Assembly (NCBI GenBank): GCA_050010015.1
Contig: JBEKLY010000001.1
Location: 1,883 to 65,882, forward strand
DNA: 64,000 nt
Origin: Terriglobia bacterium
GTDB lineage: Bacteria; Acidobacteriota; Terriglobia; UBA7540
Direction of reading: 5' to 3'
Shown here: positions 54,158-63,991 of the stretch, piece by piece
How the letters are laid out: each line of letters begins with the position of its first letter
How positions within the stretch are numbered: the first letter of the stretch is position 1
Program-made: the position numbers and the translations under genes
The notes under the pieces: generated by a model
Databases searched by the model: none
What the model saw: the letters and a program-made list of their open reading frames with translations, nothing else
Told to the model about the DNA's origin: nothing

Positions 54158-54846
54158 GATCTTCACCTAGTCGGGCCCTGCATTACGTGCGGAGGATGGC
54201 AAATGTCTGGATCTTCGGGTGGTGTTCCATCCGTTATTTGCTCGCGGGGTCACGCCGCGGCGTGCAAGGGGTCATCGACCTTGTCCTCGGGAACCACTCC
54301 TTCAGGGCAGGGCAGGTGGCAGAAGAGCTAAGGGGCCTTGGGGAGATCGTTGCTTCGCGGCCGCCGCAACGCGCCTTGGAGATCGGGACTGCCGATGGGG
54401 GCACTCTCCTCTTCCTAACCAGACTGGCGGCCCCACGGGCCACAATCGTAAGCGTCGACCTGCCTGAAGGCTACGACGGCCTGCGCGCCTGGTTCTACAA
54501 GCGGTTTGCTCGCCGTAACCAACAACTGCTACTCGTTCGTGGAGATTCGCATAACAGCAAGACACTGGACCGAGTCAACGATGCCCTGATGGGCCAGCAA
54601 GTGGACTACCTATTCATCGACGGCGACCATTCATACGAGGGCGTGAAGCGCGATTTCGAGATGTACACTCCCGTCGTCAGGAAAGGTGGGTTGATCGCTT
54701 TTCACGACATTGTCGACGGCGTCCCTGAGTTGGTCGGAGGTGTGCCTCGCTTCTGGCGCGAAATCAAATCGCAATTCCGCCACATCGAGTTGATCAAGGA
54801 ACCGCATCAGGGAGGATACGGAATCGGAGTGTTGTATGTCGACTAG
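54154..54846 (+). CDS. class I SAM-dependent methyltransferase (CmcI/Methyltransf_24-like)
   Basis: The ATG overlaps the flippase stop (ATGA). LEIGTADGG motif I. FIDGDHSYEGVKRD. Confidence 0.7.
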   Translation: MRSSPSRALHYVRRMANVWIFGWCSIRYLLAGSRRGVQGVIDLVLGNHSFRAGQVAEELRGLGEIVASRPPQRALEIGTADGGTLLFLTRLAAPRATIVSVDLPEGYDGLRAWFYKRFARRNQQLLLVRGDSHNSKTLDRVNDALMGQQVDYLFIDGDHSYEGVKRDFEMYTPVVRKGGLIAFHDIVDGVPELVGGVPRFWREIKSQFRHIELIKEPHQGGYGIGVLYVD

Positions 54847-55954
54847 CCTGGTCGCCGAGCGAGCTCGCGCAGCCCAAAGTGATTCCGCCACGTCAGTTAA
54901 TCCCCTGGTAGTCATCAGCATTCTAAACTGGAACGGCTGGCAGGACACGCTGGCGTGCCTCGAATCCGTAAGGCGGCTCCAATACCCGAACTACCTGACT
55001 GTCGTCGTGGATAACGGCTCGTGGGACGAGTCAGTGGAAGGGATTCGCGCCTGGGCCAAGGCGACTCTATCTGACCAAGATCCCTTTATCGAATATACCC
55101 GTGCGGAGGCCACGAGCGGAGGATGTGGAGCCGCTGAGGCCCGCCTCGACTCGACTAATTCGTCGAGCAGACTCGTGCTTGTTGCCAACGAGACAAACCT
55201 TGGCTTCACGGGAGGAAACAACCTCAGCATCTCGTACGCGCTCTCCCGAACGACACCTGCAGACTATTTGTTCCTCCTAAACAACGACGTGCTTCTGGAG
55301 CCCGACTGCCTCACGCAGCTCGTGGCGGCAGACCGGGCCGCCGACGCCGGGCTAGTGGGGGCAGTGCTGAGACCCAGGTCAGAACTCGCGCCTGAGAAAC
55401 CTGAGCGGCACGGGGCCGAAGCGAACGAGCAAGTCGACGGCGCGCGCGCAAACGCACAGGGAGGCGGTGCCGGCTCACGAAATGCTTGGAAGCCCATGGG
55501 ATATGTATCCGGAGGAGCGGTCCTGGTGAGGAAGGACCTCCTCGAGGCCGTGCGGAAGGTTCAGGGCACTTATCTAGATGACCGCCTGTTCTTGTACGTC
55601 GAAGATGTTGCTTTATCTTTAGCCGCGCAGCAACTGGGCTACAAGACCGTTCAAGCCACTCGCGCGGTCGGCTACCACACAGCCGGAACTAGCTCGGGGG
55701 GTCGTTACAGCCCAATTGAGTACTACTACGGAACGCGCAATTCGATTCGCGTGGCTGCGCTCCGACCACGGAGCGAACGGCTTCGCTTTCACGCTATGTT
55801 CCCCTGGGAAGCCGCAGGCCGAGTGGCCAAAAGCCTTATTTACGCGAGGCCCAGGTCCGCGCTTGCTGTGGTCCTGGGCTTCCTCGATGGATATCGTGGC
55901 GTTACGGGAAGGTGGCAGGACCATGACCGACAAGCGCTGAAAGGACCTCGCTAG
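54836..55954 (+). CDS. GT2 family glycosyltransferase (paralog A)
   Basis: VVISILNWNGWQDTLACLESVRRLQYPNYLTVVVDNGSWDES, LLNNDV, YVEDVALS. Confidence 0.85.
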   Translation: MSTSLVAERARAAQSDSATSVNPLVVISILNWNGWQDTLACLESVRRLQYPNYLTVVVDNGSWDESVEGIRAWAKATLSDQDPFIEYTRAEATSGGCGAAEARLDSTNSSSRLVLVANETNLGFTGGNNLSISYALSRTTPADYLFLLNNDVLLEPDCLTQLVAADRAADAGLVGAVLRPRSELAPEKPERHGAEANEQVDGARANAQGGGAGSRNAWKPMGYVSGGAVLVRKDLLEAVRKVQGTYLDDRLFLYVEDVALSLAAQQLGYKTVQATRAVGYHTAGTSSGGRYSPIEYYYGTRNSIRVAALRPRSERLRFHAMFPWEAAGRVAKSLIYARPRSALAVVLGFLDGYRGVTGRWQDHDRQALKGPR

Positions 55955-56089
55955 CCCTCGAGACCGGCACCCGACTTGGCCTGGCCGCCGGAACGCGACG
56001 CAGCACCAAGAGGCCAGGCTTAAACGGAGCCGCGACGACGCTGGTAGAGGAAACGGCTTGTGGGCGGAGCGGATCCAGAGGGTACTAGA

Positions 56090-57181
56090 ATGACGAAGAC
56101 TATTACCGAAAGCCTTGAGTCCTGTCAGCTTCGAGCCGCGCACCAGCCCCTGGTGGTGATCTCTATTCTCAACTGGAACGGCTGGCAGGATACGATCACG
56201 TGCCTCGAATCCGTGCGGCGGCTCGACTACCCGAACTACCTGACTGTCGTTGTGGACAACGGGTCCAAGGATGAGTCTGTGCCTGAATTGAGGGCCTGGG
56301 CCAGGAAGAACCTTGGTGAGGCGCGCGGCTTTGCCGATTATTCACGCGAAGCCGCCCTTCAAGGCGGAACCGCCGAAGTCGAGGGGGGCACCTCCAACGG
56401 AGACCCGCCGACGCAGCTTGTGCTAATCCGCAACCCGGAAAACCTGGGTTTCACCGGGGGCCATAACACTGCAATCGCCTATGCAATGCGACGCGAGCTG
56501 CCCGCCGAATACGTTTTCCTACTCAACAATGACGCCGAAGTTGATCCGGAATGCTTAACCCATCTGGTTTCAGTGGGCCGTAAGTCAGGGGCGGGAATTG
56601 TAGGTGCGATAGTCAGGAACGAAGCGGGAACGGTTTATTTCGCGGGGAGCGGATCGTTTCGGCGCCACCTGTTCCGGTCGCTAATCTCGCAGCCCGCGCA
56701 TCCCAGGAGTGAGGAATTCTGGGAGAGTCCGGTCGCCTATGGCGCGGCCATGCTCGTCAGCAGGCCGGTCCTCGATGACGTTTACCTACAGCGAAGCATG
56801 TATTTGAACGATGGCCTGTTCGCATACGGCGACGAATTGGAATTTTGCTACGTCGCTAACCGTCACGGTTACAGGACTGCGATCGCGCGCGACGCCACTG
56901 TTTGTCACGATTCTAGGAGCCGAGTCGAGCGCGTGTACGACCCGCGCTATTTCTTCTACTATTCCGCGAGAAACCTCCTTCACGTTGGGAAGGCCATGCT
57001 GTCTCCTCCATGGAGGGCGATGTTTTACGCTGCCTACCTGCCGCTTTGGATACGACGAATGGCGAAGCGGCTCATCGCGGGCCAGCCTCATTTGGCTCGA
57101 GCCATTGGCTATGGATTGCTGGATGGGTACCGAGGTGTTGTCGGAAAGTGGAAGTACCACGACCGCCGCGCGAACCCCTAG
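56090..57181 (+). CDS. GT2 family glycosyltransferase (paralog B)
   Basis: VVISILNWNGWQDTITCLESVRRLDYPNYLTVVVDNGSKDES, LLNNDAEV. Confidence 0.85.
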   Translation: MTKTITESLESCQLRAAHQPLVVISILNWNGWQDTITCLESVRRLDYPNYLTVVVDNGSKDESVPELRAWARKNLGEARGFADYSREAALQGGTAEVEGGTSNGDPPTQLVLIRNPENLGFTGGHNTAIAYAMRRELPAEYVFLLNNDAEVDPECLTHLVSVGRKSGAGIVGAIVRNEAGTVYFAGSGSFRRHLFRSLISQPAHPRSEEFWESPVAYGAAMLVSRPVLDDVYLQRSMYLNDGLFAYGDELEFCYVANRHGYRTAIARDATVCHDSRSRVERVYDPRYFFYYSARNLLHVGKAMLSPPWRAMFYAAYLPLWIRRMAKRLIAGQPHLARAIGYGLLDGYRGVVGKWKYHDRRANP

Positions 57182-57215
57182 TTGCGGAGCGCTCTGCCCA
57201 AGGAGAACCGATTAA

Positions 57216-58055
57216 GTGACTGGACTTGCTAATCAAGCCGTCCGCAGTCTGACTACCAATGGGTTTCTGGTCAGTCTGGCCCGACATCTTCGCCTGGCCG
57301 CCCCTCTTAAATCGCTGGAGTTTCGGTTGAGAGGCCCCTCGGACGGGGTCGTTCACCATAAGACCGGGGGCGTCGAGGTCGTGTTCGCGGCGTCGAATGC
57401 CACTGAATTTCGCACGCTTGAGTCGTGCTATGCGGATGAAGCGGACTTTATTGACGCACTGGCAAAGAAACTCCGGCTGGGCGGGGTCTTTTACGACGTT
57501 GGAAGCAACGTCGGTCAATTCCTAATCCCCGTGGCGAAGATGGTCGGCGAACGCGGGGAAGTGATTGGGTTCGAACCTCACCCCGCGAATCATGAAGGGC
57601 TGTTGAAGAACATCGCGCTTAATCGCCTCGCAAACGTCAGAGTATTCCAGGTGGCTCTCGCCGACTCTGCCGGCGAAATCCAAATATACGGTACGAGAGG
57701 GACCGCAACCGTCGTGGCCCGCGCCGCAGCGACGCATCCGAGTACGGAAGTGGCCGCCGTGCGGGCAATGCGGGGTGACGACCTGCGGGCGGAGGCGCAG
57801 TTACTGGTTCCGAAAGGCGTAAAGATCGACGTCGAGGGCGCGGAATTCGGGGTCCTGAGGGGCCTGAAGGAAACCCTATCCAGTCCGCTCTGCGAACTTC
57901 TGTGCCTCGAGATTCACCCTAGCTTTCTTCCTCCTGAAGTTTCGACTGGGATGGTGCTCTCCCTCGTACGTGCCTTTCGGTTCGATCGCATTCAGACCCG
58001 GACCCGCGGAAGTGAAATCCATCTGATAGCCAAAAAGGTGAGGGAACAAGCTTGA
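57216..58055 (+). CDS. FkbM family methyltransferase
   Basis: FYDVGSNVGQFLIP...GEVIGFEPHPANH...ALADSAGEIQIY. Confidence 0.75.
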   Translation: MTGLANQAVRSLTTNGFLVSLARHLRLAAPLKSLEFRLRGPSDGVVHHKTGGVEVVFAASNATEFRTLESCYADEADFIDALAKKLRLGGVFYDVGSNVGQFLIPVAKMVGERGEVIGFEPHPANHEGLLKNIALNRLANVRVFQVALADSAGEIQIYGTRGTATVVARAAATHPSTEVAAVRAMRGDDLRAEAQLLVPKGVKIDVEGAEFGVLRGLKETLSSPLCELLCLEIHPSFLPPEVSTGMVLSLVRAFRFDRIQTRTRGSEIHLIAKKVREQA

Positions 58056-59269
58056 GGCGACCCCACGTAGCGGTAATCCATCCGCAACTGGCGTACGGCG
58101 GCTCCGAGACCGGAGCCCTCTGGACCATCGAGGCACTGAAGCGCGACTGCGAGGTCACGCTGATTACGGGTGGTAGGGCTGACTTGAAGCGCCTCAACGC
58201 CTACTATGCCACTGACCTCCGGCCGGGTGAGTTTGCCATCAACGAGGTGCGGATGCCGCTCGGACTACACCGCACAGCGAAGTTTGCGGGGTTGCGAGGC
58301 GCGCTTTTTACACGCGAATGCCGCCGCCTGGCGCCATATTTTGACGTCATTACGACCCACTACAATCCCTGCGACCTCGGCGTGCCGCTCATTCAGTTCA
58401 CAGCGGATTTCACTTTTGCTCCCGGCCTGCAACGCACGCTTGATCCCAACATTACAAGCGACCGGCGGTGGTGGTATGGCGATACGGTGTTGCGCAAGGC
58501 CTATCTCGGGGTTTGTAGTTGCGTTGCGCGTCCCCGCGCTGAGAACTGGAGCAAGAACGTCACCGTAGCGAACTCGCGCTGGACGGCCTCCGTCCTGGAG
58601 AGAGAGTTCGGAATCGTAGCTCAGCGCGTCCAGTTCCCGCCAGTTCCCGGCGAATTTCCCGCCGTCCCGTGGAATGAGAGAGAAGACGGCTTTGTGTGCA
58701 TTGGACGGGTCGTCCCGGAGAAGCGCATGGACGCCGTGATCAGAATCCTGGAGCGGCTACGCCGACAGGGTCACAACGTTCACCTGCACATTCTCGGAGG
58801 GCTCGAGGATTCTCCGTTTGGACGAAAGATCGAGCAACTTGCCGGGCGCCATCGCGAATGGGTTTTCCTCGAAGGGCGTACGGTTGGCGACAAGAAGAGG
58901 GAAATCATCGCCACCCACCGCTACGGCATTAACGCTCGCGACAATGAGCCCTTTGGGATTGCCCCGGCGGAGACGGTCAAGGGCGGCTGTATTACCTTCG
59001 TCGCGAACGGCGGCGGTCAGACTGAAATCGTCGATCACCCCGTGCTCACCTTCGCGGACGAGGATGACGCGGCGAGGAAAATCGAGACCGTTATCTCGAG
59101 CGTCAGCCTCGAGGAGAATTTGCGTCGGCACCTGGAGGCACGAGCCCAGGAGCTTTCCACTGAGAACTTTATGCGAACGGTGCGTGATCTCGTCTCCGGA
59201 TTCTTGCGGCAGAAGGAATACCCCATCGAAATTAACCCCGAGAGACCAGTTGTTACCTCGGCTATATGA
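58052..59269 (+). CDS. GT4 family glycosyltransferase
   Basis: C-terminal GT-B half with NARDNEPFGIAPAETVKGGCITFV (EX7E-type region). Confidence 0.75.
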   Translation: MRRPHVAVIHPQLAYGGSETGALWTIEALKRDCEVTLITGGRADLKRLNAYYATDLRPGEFAINEVRMPLGLHRTAKFAGLRGALFTRECRRLAPYFDVITTHYNPCDLGVPLIQFTADFTFAPGLQRTLDPNITSDRRWWYGDTVLRKAYLGVCSCVARPRAENWSKNVTVANSRWTASVLEREFGIVAQRVQFPPVPGEFPAVPWNEREDGFVCIGRVVPEKRMDAVIRILERLRRQGHNVHLHILGGLEDSPFGRKIEQLAGRHREWVFLEGRTVGDKKREIIATHRYGINARDNEPFGIAPAETVKGGCITFVANGGGQTEIVDHPVLTFADEDDAARKIETVISSVSLEENLRRHLEARAQELSTENFMRTVRDLVSGFLRQKEYPIEINPERPVVTSAI

Positions 59270-60198
59270 CCCCACCCTCTCATAAACTCGCCATCGTTAT
59301 TCCGACTATCGGACGCCGTGCGGAACTGAGGCGCATGCTCGCAAGCCTCGCCGCGCAGACACGCCTGCCGGAGCAGGTCTTGATCGTTGGCGAAGGCGAA
59401 GGCTTGGCCGAGCTTGCGCGCGAGTTCTCCCAACTGGCTGCGGAATTCATCAGCCTGCCAGGTTCGTCGATCTGCGATGCGCGGAATCGAGGCACGCAGC
59501 TGGCGCGGCCGGAGTGTACTCTGATTGCGTTCATGGACGACGATATCGTGTTGGAGCCGCAAGCCATCAGGGCCTTGCTGGATTTTTGGGAACATGCGTC
59601 GGACGATCTTGGCGGCACGGGCTGCAACCTGGTGAACTACCCCTCACTTCAAGCCGGTCGGCTGAAGGCTCTGCGGCTGACCTCACGCCTTGAACTCTAC
59701 GATTCCAGCAAAGGGGCCGTACTCCGTTCCGGCGTCCACACGATGATGCCCGGGATTAATGAAAATACGTACGTCCGGTGGCTGCCCACTTACGCGGTGG
59801 TCTACTCCCGGCAGGTGCTGGATGAGTTCTGGTTTGACGAATGGTTTGTGAGTTACAGCTACCTCGAGGACCTCGACCTAAGCTACCGGATCGGTAAGAA
59901 GTACAAACTCGCCGTGGTCGCGGATGCGCGCTTCTACCACTACCCTTCCGCAGTTGGACGGCCCAGTGCCTATCTGTTCGGAAAGAAAGAGGTACTCAAC
60001 CGTCTTTACTTCGTGTCCAAACACCAGGAACTCTCCCGGCCTCTCTGCTGCTTAGCGCTCTCCATCCGCGGGGTGATCAGCATGTTTCTGGGGATTACAC
60101 GCCTGCATGGATACTCCCTCAAGCGCCTCGCGGGGAATATCACCGGCTTCCTATCAGCAATCAGCCACAGAGACTCTTTCTGCGTGCGCCGCCAATGA
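59266..60198 (+). CDS. GT2 family glycosyltransferase
   Basis: LAIVIPTIGRRAELRRMLASLAAQT, FMDDDIVL. Confidence 0.75.
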   Translation: MTPPSHKLAIVIPTIGRRAELRRMLASLAAQTRLPEQVLIVGEGEGLAELAREFSQLAAEFISLPGSSICDARNRGTQLARPECTLIAFMDDDIVLEPQAIRALLDFWEHASDDLGGTGCNLVNYPSLQAGRLKALRLTSRLELYDSSKGAVLRSGVHTMMPGINENTYVRWLPTYAVVYSRQVLDEFWFDEWFVSYSYLEDLDLSYRIGKKYKLAVVADARFYHYPSAVGRPSAYLFGKKEVLNRLYFVSKHQELSRPLCCLALSIRGVISMFLGITRLHGYSLKRLAGNITGFLSAISHRDSFCVRRQ

Positions 60199-61222
60199 TG
60201 CCCAAATCCGAGCGTCTACGCGCTGCCCTGATGGTAAAGTCTATGAGGCGTTCCTCAACTTCTGCAAATCCTGGTGGCGGATCGACGAACGGGAAAGTGG
60301 CCGTCGTGATCCTGAACTGGAACACGGCCTTACTCACGACACAATGCGCCGATGCGCTCTTAAGGTCTGATTACCACCCCCTGGAGATTATTGTCATTGA
60401 TAACGGCTCGACAGATGGGTCGGCGGACACGATCGCGGCTCGGCATCCTGAGATTGCCCTCGTACGTAACTCGGTCAACGTGGGATTCGCCGAGGGATCT
60501 AACCAAGGGATCCGGCTAGCGCTTAAGAAAGATGCGGCGTACGTGATGCTCCTGAATAATGATGCGATCGTTGATTGGCGCAGGTCTCTCGCCTTGTTGA
60601 AACCGCTACCGCCCGCGGCAACAGGATCGTCGTTAGCCCGAAAATGTATGGTGGCTACGAGCCGAGCCGACTTTGGTTCGTGTACGGGAGGGCAAGCCTC
60701 TGGACGGGAACCTTCTGGAATCCGGCTTACAACGCCCCGGCCACTAAGCCTTTTGACCCAATCGTTCCCATGGAATACGCCTCGGGGTGCTGTGTACTTA
60801 TCCCCAGGGACGTCCTAAACACCGTCGGTGGCCTCGACCCCCGCTTTTTTGCCTATTGCGAGGACGTGGAATGGTCCATTCGGGCCCGCCGGGCGGGCTT
60901 CGATCTGCTTTGTGACACGCGTGCCGAACTCTGGCACTACGTATCCTCTACCGGCGGGAAGAACCCAGCCCGAATGCGCTACCTGATGACTCGAAATCAC
61001 CTCTGGACCATGCGCAAGCACGCGACCCCAGCTCAATTTGCGGTATTCGCTATGGCGTTCTACCCCATGCGTTGTCTGCTGCGGCTAGCGCGGGCAACCC
61101 GTCATCGGCACTGGGCCTGCATTCCCGCGGAATTTCGCGGCGCTTTCGAAGGCTTCTTCGCCCCACTCGACCCTTCAAAGGCCACGTCGGGCGCGCCAAA
61201 GGTTTGGAAAGGAAATGCGTAA
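60195..61222 (+). pseudogene. GT2 glycosyltransferase split by a frameshift near 60570-60578
   Basis: ORF 60195-60818 carries VAVVILNWNT...IVIDNGSTDGS...LLNNDAIVD. ORF 60575-61222 continues in the +1 frame with ..LAQVSRLVETA...GCCVLIPRDV..FAYCEDVEWS. Confidence 0.7.
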
Positions 61223-62615
61223 CTCGATGGCCGCTCTGGTCCCTTCCGACCCGAAATCACACCTCCTGGTATGCGCCTATGCCTGCGGGTCCGACCCCAG
61301 CACGGAATTTTTCGGCGGCGGAGACGTGATGTCCTGGAATTTGGTCAAGCGTCTGGGGTGTCAACATCGTTTGTGGGTCCTCACCGCCGCTCAGAACCGT
61401 CAGGCGATTGAGACATTCCTAGCGAAGGAACCGCTTCCGAACGTCGAGTTCGTTTATGTGGACCTGCCGGGGCGGTTGCAGGCGCTCTTGCGGCATCAAG
61501 GAGCGCTCCAGTTCTACGCTTACCTGTGGCAATGGAAAGCCTATTTCGCCGCTCGGAGGCTGCATCGCCGGATTCGCTTTGACGCCTTCCACCACCTCAC
61601 TTACGAGAACGACTGGATGGCCAGCCCCACAGGGGCCCTCTTGCCTGTTCCTTACCTGCGCGGCCCGGGCGGGGGCGCGCACTTTGTGCCGGCGGAGTTT
61701 CGAGTCAAGTTCGGCGCAAGCTCGCGCCTGTGGGAGTACTTTCGCATCGGCATGCAGTGGGTCTTTCGCCACGACCCGTTTTTTGCCCTGGGGCAGGAGC
61801 GCGCGCGGGTGCTGCTGATGGCCAACCGCGAGGCGCTCGAGGCGCTGCCCGGGCGCTGGCGGCGAAAGGCCCAGCTTATGTCAGTAAACGGCGTTTCGCT
61901 GGCTGAGGCGGAAAGGGCAAAAGAAGGCGGGAGCGGGGACGCTCCCGCGACCGCGGGCGGAGCCTGTCCTGAGCGTAGCGAAGGAACGCCCGCGCCACGG
62001 ACTGCGCGGTTTCGCGTGCTGACCGCCGGCAGGCTGGTGCCTATCAAGGGGTTCGACTTGGCGGTGAGAGCGTTTAGCAGCTGGATTCAGGATTCAGGAT
62101 TCGGGATTCAGGGGAAGAACTCGGACGGGCACGCGTCGCCTCGGGCTGAACTGGTTGTGGTGGGTGAAGGGCCGGAGCGGGCGCGGCTCGAGGCGCTGGC
62201 GCGCGGACTGGGGCTTAATGGACAGGTCAAGTTTCCGGGCTGGATGGCGCGAGAAAGCCTCCTGAAGGAAATGGCGGCTTCGGACGTTTTCCTTTTTCCC
62301 AGCCTGCGTGACGGCGGCGGCCTGGTGGTGGTGGAAGCCATGTCAGTGGGCAAGCCGGTCGTCTGCCTCGACCTCGCGGGGCCGGGACTGCATGTGACGC
62401 CGGAGTGTGGCGTGAAGGTGCCGGCGCATTCTCCGGAGCAGGCCGTCCAGGACCTCGCCGGCGCGCTCGAACGGCTTTACGCGGACTCGGCTCTTCGCCT
62501 CCGGATGGGCCAAGCGGGCCGCGAGCGCGCCCGAGAGGTCTACGATTGGGACCGGATCGCGGAGCGGATTTCCACCCTCTACCGCGACATTGCGGTTTCA
62601 CCACAGAGGCACTGA
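61215..62615 (+). CDS. GT4 family glycosyltransferase with repeat-derived inserts in the interdomain linker
   Basis: GRLVPIKGFDL, VVVGEGPERARLE, FLFPSLRDGGGLVVVEAMSVGKPVV. The inserts are described in the findings. Confidence 0.8.
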   Translation: MRNSMAALVPSDPKSHLLVCAYACGSDPSTEFFGGGDVMSWNLVKRLGCQHRLWVLTAAQNRQAIETFLAKEPLPNVEFVYVDLPGRLQALLRHQGALQFYAYLWQWKAYFAARRLHRRIRFDAFHHLTYENDWMASPTGALLPVPYLRGPGGGAHFVPAEFRVKFGASSRLWEYFRIGMQWVFRHDPFFALGQERARVLLMANREALEALPGRWRRKAQLMSVNGVSLAEAERAKEGGSGDAPATAGGACPERSEGTPAPRTARFRVLTAGRLVPIKGFDLAVRAFSSWIQDSGFGIQGKNSDGHASPRAELVVVGEGPERARLEALARGLGLNGQVKFPGWMARESLLKEMAASDVFLFPSLRDGGGLVVVEAMSVGKPVVCLDLAGPGLHVTPECGVKVPAHSPEQAVQDLAGALERLYADSALRLRMGQAGRERAREVYDWDRIAERISTLYRDIAVSPQRH

Positions 62616-62618
62616 GAC

Positions 62619-63950
62619 ATGGAGTCGGCTACACAAGATCTAACGGCGTGGGATATGGCGGCGAGAATCCGGAGCCTGCGCGCCCCGCGCAGCCGCGCCG
62701 CTTTGTACATGGGGCTCTGGATGCTGGTTTGGGCCGCGTACAACACCGGTCCCTGGATTGTCCTTGATCCTTCCTTCCCCAAGAGCACGGCGCAGCTCAT
62801 CAATGGAATCCGGGCTTTTTCCCCCATGCTGGCAGGTTGGCTGGCGCTGATGCTGATCCTGCACCGCGGTGGCGTCAGCAAGCTGGGGCTGATGGGTCCG
62901 CTCGGTCTTTTCAGCTTCTACACGATCATCGGGTTGGTTTCGTCGCTGCTTCTTTCAACAAACGTCTTTCAAGCGGTGTATTTTGCCCTGGCCTTCGGCT
63001 CTCCCCTCCTGATCCTGATGCTTGCTTTGTCCGATAACCAGCCCGAGCAATCCATGTCGCAACTGCTTACCCTGAGCTGGCTGGTGGCCGTAGTGATGAT
63101 GGTAGGCATTGTGCTGGCACTGCCCTTCATCGGCGGGCCGTCGCTTCTGCCCACGGATGGTAACTTGTTTCATGTCAAGGGCGGCTGGGGTGTACAAAAC
63201 GTGGCATTCGCCGACATGCCGGGCCCTCGCGGTACCGGGCTTGCCCGTTATGCCGCAGTCGCCGGATTGGCTTCCCTGGGCGGAATCAGCCAGGGGAAGC
63301 TGGTGGCGCGGCTTTTCTGGGTGGCGATGGTCCCGGCATCCATCTATGTCTTGCTCGCAGCCCAGGGGCGCACCGAAATCCTGGCATTCATCATCGCCGC
63401 CGGCGTGCTTCTGCTGGTCCGCCACAGCTCAAGGTATATCTTGTTGACTTGGGGATTGGCGGGCGCCCTGCTGATGGCGCGGGCGGGCCTTTTCGCGCGT
63501 TTCTGGGAGTTTGGCAGCCGCACGGGACAGTTTGACCCTACCTTGACCGGCCGGACGGTGACCTGGCAGCAAGGCTGGGAATTGCTCGGCAGTTCGCCCT
63601 TGGTAGGGCTGGGCTTCTTCGCCGACCGGATCTTCCTGCAAATGCAGCACATTCATAATGGCTTGCTCCATGCCCTGATTCAGTCGGGAATTCTCGGAAG
63701 CGCGGCATTCGTGGGCGCCTTTGTGGTGGCGTGGCTGATGGTGCTGCGACTGTACCTGGTGCGGGGTTCAACCGCGTTTTTTCTCCACCCCGAAGTTCCC
63801 GCCGTGCTGCTTTTCTTCACGCTGATGAACGTCACCGAATCGACGGCTCAATTTTCCTCCAATTGGCTGTTCCTGGCCCCGGTGATGGCCTGGATCCAAC
63901 TGGCGTTCTGGAAATCCTACGCGGGAAAGACCGCGCCGCCTGGCGCGTAG
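62619..63950 (+). CDS. O-antigen ligase/polymerase family membrane protein (Wzy-like) 2
   Basis: More than 10 TM helices. HIHNGLLHALIQSGILG motif. Confidence 0.75.
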   Translation: MESATQDLTAWDMAARIRSLRAPRSRAALYMGLWMLVWAAYNTGPWIVLDPSFPKSTAQLINGIRAFSPMLAGWLALMLILHRGGVSKLGLMGPLGLFSFYTIIGLVSSLLLSTNVFQAVYFALAFGSPLLILMLALSDNQPEQSMSQLLTLSWLVAVVMMVGIVLALPFIGGPSLLPTDGNLFHVKGGWGVQNVAFADMPGPRGTGLARYAAVAGLASLGGISQGKLVARLFWVAMVPASIYVLLAAQGRTEILAFIIAAGVLLLVRHSSRYILLTWGLAGALLMARAGLFARFWEFGSRTGQFDPTLTGRTVTWQQGWELLGSSPLVGLGFFADRIFLQMQHIHNGLLHALIQSGILGSAAFVGAFVVAWLMVLRLYLVRGSTAFFLHPEVPAVLLFFTLMNVTESTAQFSSNWLFLAPVMAWIQLAFWKSYAGKTAPPGA

Positions 63951-63951
63951 C

Positions 63952-63991
63952 GCCGGCCTTTAGGCCGGCAAGTGCTGACCTGAAGGTCAGC
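63952..63991. repeat. two adjacent 7-bp-stem hairpins after the last gene (REP-like, possible terminator)
   Basis: GCCGGCC-TTTA-GGCCGGC and GCTGACC-TGAA-GGTCAGC. A related GCCGACCTGAAGGTCGAC lies at 16079-16096. Confidence 0.6.
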
